Shown here: positions 60,781 through 64,000 of the stretch, piece after piece
Layout: each line of letters begins with the position of its first letter
Position numbering within the stretch: the stretch's first letter is position 1
Source: Luteolibacter sp.
Lineage (GTDB): Bacteria > Verrucomicrobiota > Verrucomicrobiia > Verrucomicrobiales > Akkermansiaceae
Reading direction: 5' to 3'
Assembly: GCA_964202135.1 (NCBI GenBank)
Contig: CAXNHR010000001.1
Location: 2,795 to 66,794 of the forward strand
Length of the DNA: 64,000 bases
Translations under genes and position numbers: made by a program
Notes under the pieces: model-generated
The model's database searches: none
Told to the model about the DNA's origin: nothing
The model's input: only the letters and a program-made list of their open reading frames with translations

Positions 60781-62565
60781 TCAAGCCCACTCAGGACGCT
60801 CGGCCTCGAAGTCCATCGGCTCGCCGCTGCGGGGGTGGCGGAAGGAAATTTTCCACGCGTGAAGCATCAGCGGCGGCGCGCTCGGATCGAGCGTCTGCGT
60901 GTCGCCTGTCATGCCGTCAGGCAGATAGGCGGGATCGCCACAGACCGGATGGCCCAAGTGCCGCAGATGCAGCCGGATTTGATTGGTTCGGCCGGTGGAC
61001 AGCCTTGCCTCAAGCAATGCGGTGCCATCAGACCGACGCTCTACGACTTGGAAGTCGGTGCGCGATGGCAGGCCCGCCACCTCGTCAATGCGGCGGGTGC
61101 CGGTCACTTCAGGCTCGGTGGAAATCGGCGCATCGCAGGAAAACACATCATTGTCCGGGTGTCCCGCCACTCGGACGAGATAACGCTTGTCCACGCTGGC
61201 ATCGAGAAACTGCCGTTGCAGCACGCGGCAGAAATGGCGGGTGCGGGCAAACAGCACGATGCCCGTGGTATTGGCATCGAGCCGGTGCACCGGCCGTGGT
61301 GGAAACGGTGCGCAGGCAATATTGAGAATGTGCTGCAGGGTGTTGCGGTGAAAGCGGCCGCCGGCATGCATCGGCAGCGGCGCCGGCTTGTGGATCACGA
61401 GCAAGGCCTCGTCTTCATACATCACCCGGATGTCCGTGGCCACTGGCGACTCGGTGTCGGGCGGGAAAACCTGCAAAACCCGCTCGCCGGCCCGCACGAT
61501 GTGATCCTTGCCGCGGATGTCTCCGCCATAGTTGATGAATCGCCCTGCATCACAGCGCGCCTCCCATTCCGCCGACGGGATCTGCGGAAACAAATCAATC
61601 AACACATCCAGCAGACGCCGCTTGTCATGCGCCGCCGGGATGTTGACCGGCCGGCGGTTTTCCTGAGGGACCGAACCCGGCAATGGATCGCTGGCCCGGC
61701 GGATCGCCTCCTGCCGTGCGGCGATGCGCCCGGCAAGCAACTCGGGCTCGATCTTGTGACAATGCGGGCAGCTTTTCCCCTGCACATAACGCGGGTCTTC
61801 CTGATCGGTCGCGTCCAGCGGCGCGAGACAGGCGAAACACACCGCATGCCCGGACTCATGCAAGGCAGGATCCACGCCCACGCGCTGGTCGAACACGAAA
61901 CAATCGCCCTCGTAGTGGTCGCCACCGCATTCCTCGAAGTATTTCAAAATGCCGCCATCGAGTTGATGGATGTCCCGGAAACCCTCCATTTCCATGAATG
62001 GCCCGGCCTTCTCGCAACGGATGCCGCCGGTGCAGAACATCACCACCGGCTGGTCCTTGAGCTCCGCGGGCAGTTTTCTAACAGCATCTGGAAATCCCCG
62101 GAAAGTCCTGATCCGGGGGTCGATGGCCCCCTTGAAGGTGCCGAGCTTCACCTCGTAATCATTGCGGGTGTCCAGCAGCGTCACCGCTCTTCCCTCGTCC
62201 AGCCAGCGCTTGAGTTCCGTGGGCGCGATCTTGGGCGAGGTGTAATCCGCGGGCCGCACCGCCTCCACGCCGAAGGAGATGATTTCCTTTTTCAAGCGAA
62301 CCAGCATCCGGTTGAATGGTTGGGCGTCGCTGAGACTCACCTTGGGCGTGAGATCCTCCAAGCCGGGTATTCTTCGCAATCTGGCCAGCAGCTGATCGAT
62401 CGATTCCGCGCTGCCCGCCACAAACAAATTGATGCCCTCTGTGCTCAGCAGGATCGTGCCCTTCAAACCCCATTCCTTGCAGGACCCGATGAGTTCCTCA
62501 CGCAGCTCCTTCAAGCCTGAAAGCGCTGCAAAACGATACGTGGAAATATTGGTGACGCCCGGCAC
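60781..62565 (-). CDS. Rhodanese-domain TrhO-like protein fused to an RluA-family pseudouridine synthase
   Basis: EGIN, DTRNDYE, FCTGGIRCEK, CFVFDQR; then HKPAPLP.H, HRLDANTTG, GRTNQIR.H, GD..Y. Confidence 0.88.
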   Translation of the reverse strand: MPGVTNISTYRFAALSGLKELREELIGSCKEWGLKGTILLSTEGINLFVAGSAESIDQLLARLRRIPGLEDLTPKVSLSDAQPFNRMLVRLKKEIISFGVEAVRPADYTSPKIAPTELKRWLDEGRAVTLLDTRNDYEVKLGTFKGAIDPRIRTFRGFPDAVRKLPAELKDQPVVMFCTGGIRCEKAGPFMEMEGFRDIHQLDGGILKYFEECGGDHYEGDCFVFDQRVGVDPALHESGHAVCFACLAPLDATDQEDPRYVQGKSCPHCHKIEPELLAGRIAARQEAIRRASDPLPGSVPQENRRPVNIPAAHDKRRLLDVLIDLFPQIPSAEWEARCDAGRFINYGGDIRGKDHIVRAGERVLQVFPPDTESPVATDIRVMYEDEALLVIHKPAPLPMHAGGRFHRNTLQHILNIACAPFPPRPVHRLDANTTGIVLFARTRHFCRVLQRQFLDASVDKRYLVRVAGHPDNDVFSCDAPISTEPEVTGTRRIDEVAGLPSRTDFQVVERRSDGTALLEARLSTGRTNQIRLHLRHLGHPVCGDPAYLPDGMTGDTQTLDPSAPPLMLHAWKISFRHPRSGEPMDFEAERPEWA

Positions 62566-62633
62566 GGAGGAAAATCATCACGCCGGAAACCCGCAGGCAA
62601 GTTTAACCCTGCCATCCCACGGGTTTCACAAAA

Positions 62634-62793
62634 TCGTTCCCGGCGGTGTTGGACATGAGGAACGCGTTGGCGCGGGTGAAGAACTTGTGTGCTTCGATAA
62701 AGGCAGGCAGACAGACGCCGGTATCAACGGGAAATCCCGAAACGGCTGAGCGCTTCCTGCTCGTTGGCTTGCACCCAAATGGCTGGGAACGGA
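62634..62793 (+). ncRNA. Candidate 6S-like structured RNA
   Basis: cgttcccggc/gctgggaacg terminal stem, ggtg/cacc and aggaacgcg/gcgcttcct inner stems; G-U pairs favour the + strand. Confidence 0.5.
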
Positions 62794-62828
62794 TCGAGAC
62801 AAACGAAAGCGGGCACGGCCGCTAAACA

Positions 62829-64000
62829 TCAGAGGATCGTCCCGGGCGCGTAGGCTGCGGCGGCGGGATGGGTGGCTTCGAGTTTGGCGACCGCCGCGCA
62901 GAATGCGGCAACCTGGGATTTCGCCGCGCCGGACTCGCGGTCGCCGCGGGCAAGGATGGCATCGAGCGTTTCACGGGAAAGCCCGAGCCGCGCATCACCG
63001 GCGAGGCGCTCGACGAGGTTGTTGCGCCCGGTTTTTCCGGCGCGCAGATCGTTCACCGTGGCCACCGCGTGCTCCTTGATCGCCTTGTGCGCGGTCTCGC
63101 GGCCGACGCCGGCTTTGACCGCCTCCATCATGATGGTGGTGGTCATCAGGAATGGCAGGTAGTGCGCGGTCTCGGCGGCGATCACCGCCTCGTAGGCGTC
63201 CATCTGGTCGAGAATGGTGAGAAAGGTTTCGAACATGCCATCGGTCGCGTAAAACGCGTCCGGCAGCATCACGCGGCGGACCACCGAGCAGGAGACATCG
63301 CCCTCGTTCCACTGGTCGCCGGCGAGACCCGCGGCCATCGCAAGATATCCTTTGAGGATCACGTGGAAACCATTCACCCGCTCGCACGAGCGTGAGTTCA
63401 TCTTGTGCGGCATGGCGCTGGAACCGGTCTGGCCCGGTGCGAACCCCTCGCTGGCGGTCTCGTGGCCGGCCATCAGCCGAAGCGTCCTGCAGAAGGAGGA
63501 TGGCCCCGAGCAAAGGTCTGTTAGAACGGCCACCACCCGGAAATCCAGCGAGCGCGGATAGATCTGGCCGACATTGGTCCAAACCGCCGGCATGCCGAGA
63601 TGGGCGACGACTCGCTGCTCAAGTTCCGCAACCTTGGCGGCATCGCCCTCAAACAGGGAAAGCTGGTCCATTTGGGTGCCGACGGCACCCTTGAGTCCGC
63701 GCACGGGATAGGTGGCGATGACGTTTTCGAGCGCACCGAGAGCACCTAACAACTCCTCGCCGAACATCGCGACGCGCTTGCCGAGCGTGGTCGGCTGCGC
63801 GGCCACATTGTGGGTGCGGGCTGTTAGAACGAGTTCGCCCCACTGCTCCGAGCGTTCGCGCATCCGGCGCAGCGTGGCGACCGTCTTGTCACGCACGACC
63901 AGCAACGAGCGGTAAACCTGGAGCTGTTCGACGTTTTCGGTGAGATCGCGCGAGGTCATGCCCTTGTGGACCTGCTCGTGTCCGGCGAGGTCGTTGAACT
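62829..64000 (-). CDS. purB: Adenylosuccinate lyase (5' part outside the window)
   Basis: TSRD, RTH..AQPTTLGKR, GAVGT, SSAMPHKMN. Confidence 0.95.
   Translation of the reverse strand, partial: FNDLAGHEQVHKGMTSRDLTENVEQLQVYRSLLVVRDKTVATLRRMRERSEQWGELVLTARTHNVAAQPTTLGKRVAMFGEELLGALGALENVIATYPVRGLKGAVGTQMDQLSLFEGDAAKVAELEQRVVAHLGMPAVWTNVGQIYPRSLDFRVVAVLTDLCSGPSSFCRTLRLMAGHETASEGFAPGQTGSSAMPHKMNSRSCERVNGFHVILKGYLAMAAGLAGDQWNEGDVSCSVVRRVMLPDAFYATDGMFETFLTILDQMDAYEAVIAAETAHYLPFLMTTTIMMEAVKAGVGRETAHKAIKEHAVATVNDLRAGKTGRNNLVERLAGDARLGLSRETLDAILARGDRESGAAKSQVAAFCAAVAKLEATHPAAAAYAPGTIL

Noticed and set aside
60835-62520. 561-aa plus-strand ORF
   Set aside because: Antisense shadow of the TrhO-RluA gene with no recognisable motifs

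Overview
GC-rich bacterial chromosome segment that looks verrucomicrobial (Luteolibacter/Haloferula-like), inferred from gene content and the tmRNA tag ADSNELALAA. It is mostly housekeeping: NtrC-type activator, upp, dapB, folK, grpE-dnaJ-rsmE, gmk, ruvB, rpsA, tmRNA, a MoxR/DUF58 operon, ispH, mrp, a P1B ATPase, cobB, a TonB-ExbBD-receptor operon, ABC-F, tryptophanase-family lyase, COX15, tatA, a TrhO-RluA fusion and purB. Intergenic space holds many decayed elements: two internally deleted IS4-like copies, an MmeI-type RM stub, a group II intron DV/DVI tail, SRAP/DinB/TspO/DUF2809/LemA fragments and REP-like palindromes. The least explained signals are: (1) a dispersed YTGTTAG motif seen at least 33 times, mostly inside CDS and often via rare Leu codons; (2) heptamer tandem arrays at stop/start junctions, with a toxin-antitoxin pair bracketed by a 30-bp direct repeat that includes the ATG; (3) a SAM-I-like riboswitch upstream of a small integrase-arm-like protein; (4) a candidate 6S-like RNA. 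No CRISPR array, rRNA or tRNA was seen. All calls are by eye and no searches were run.
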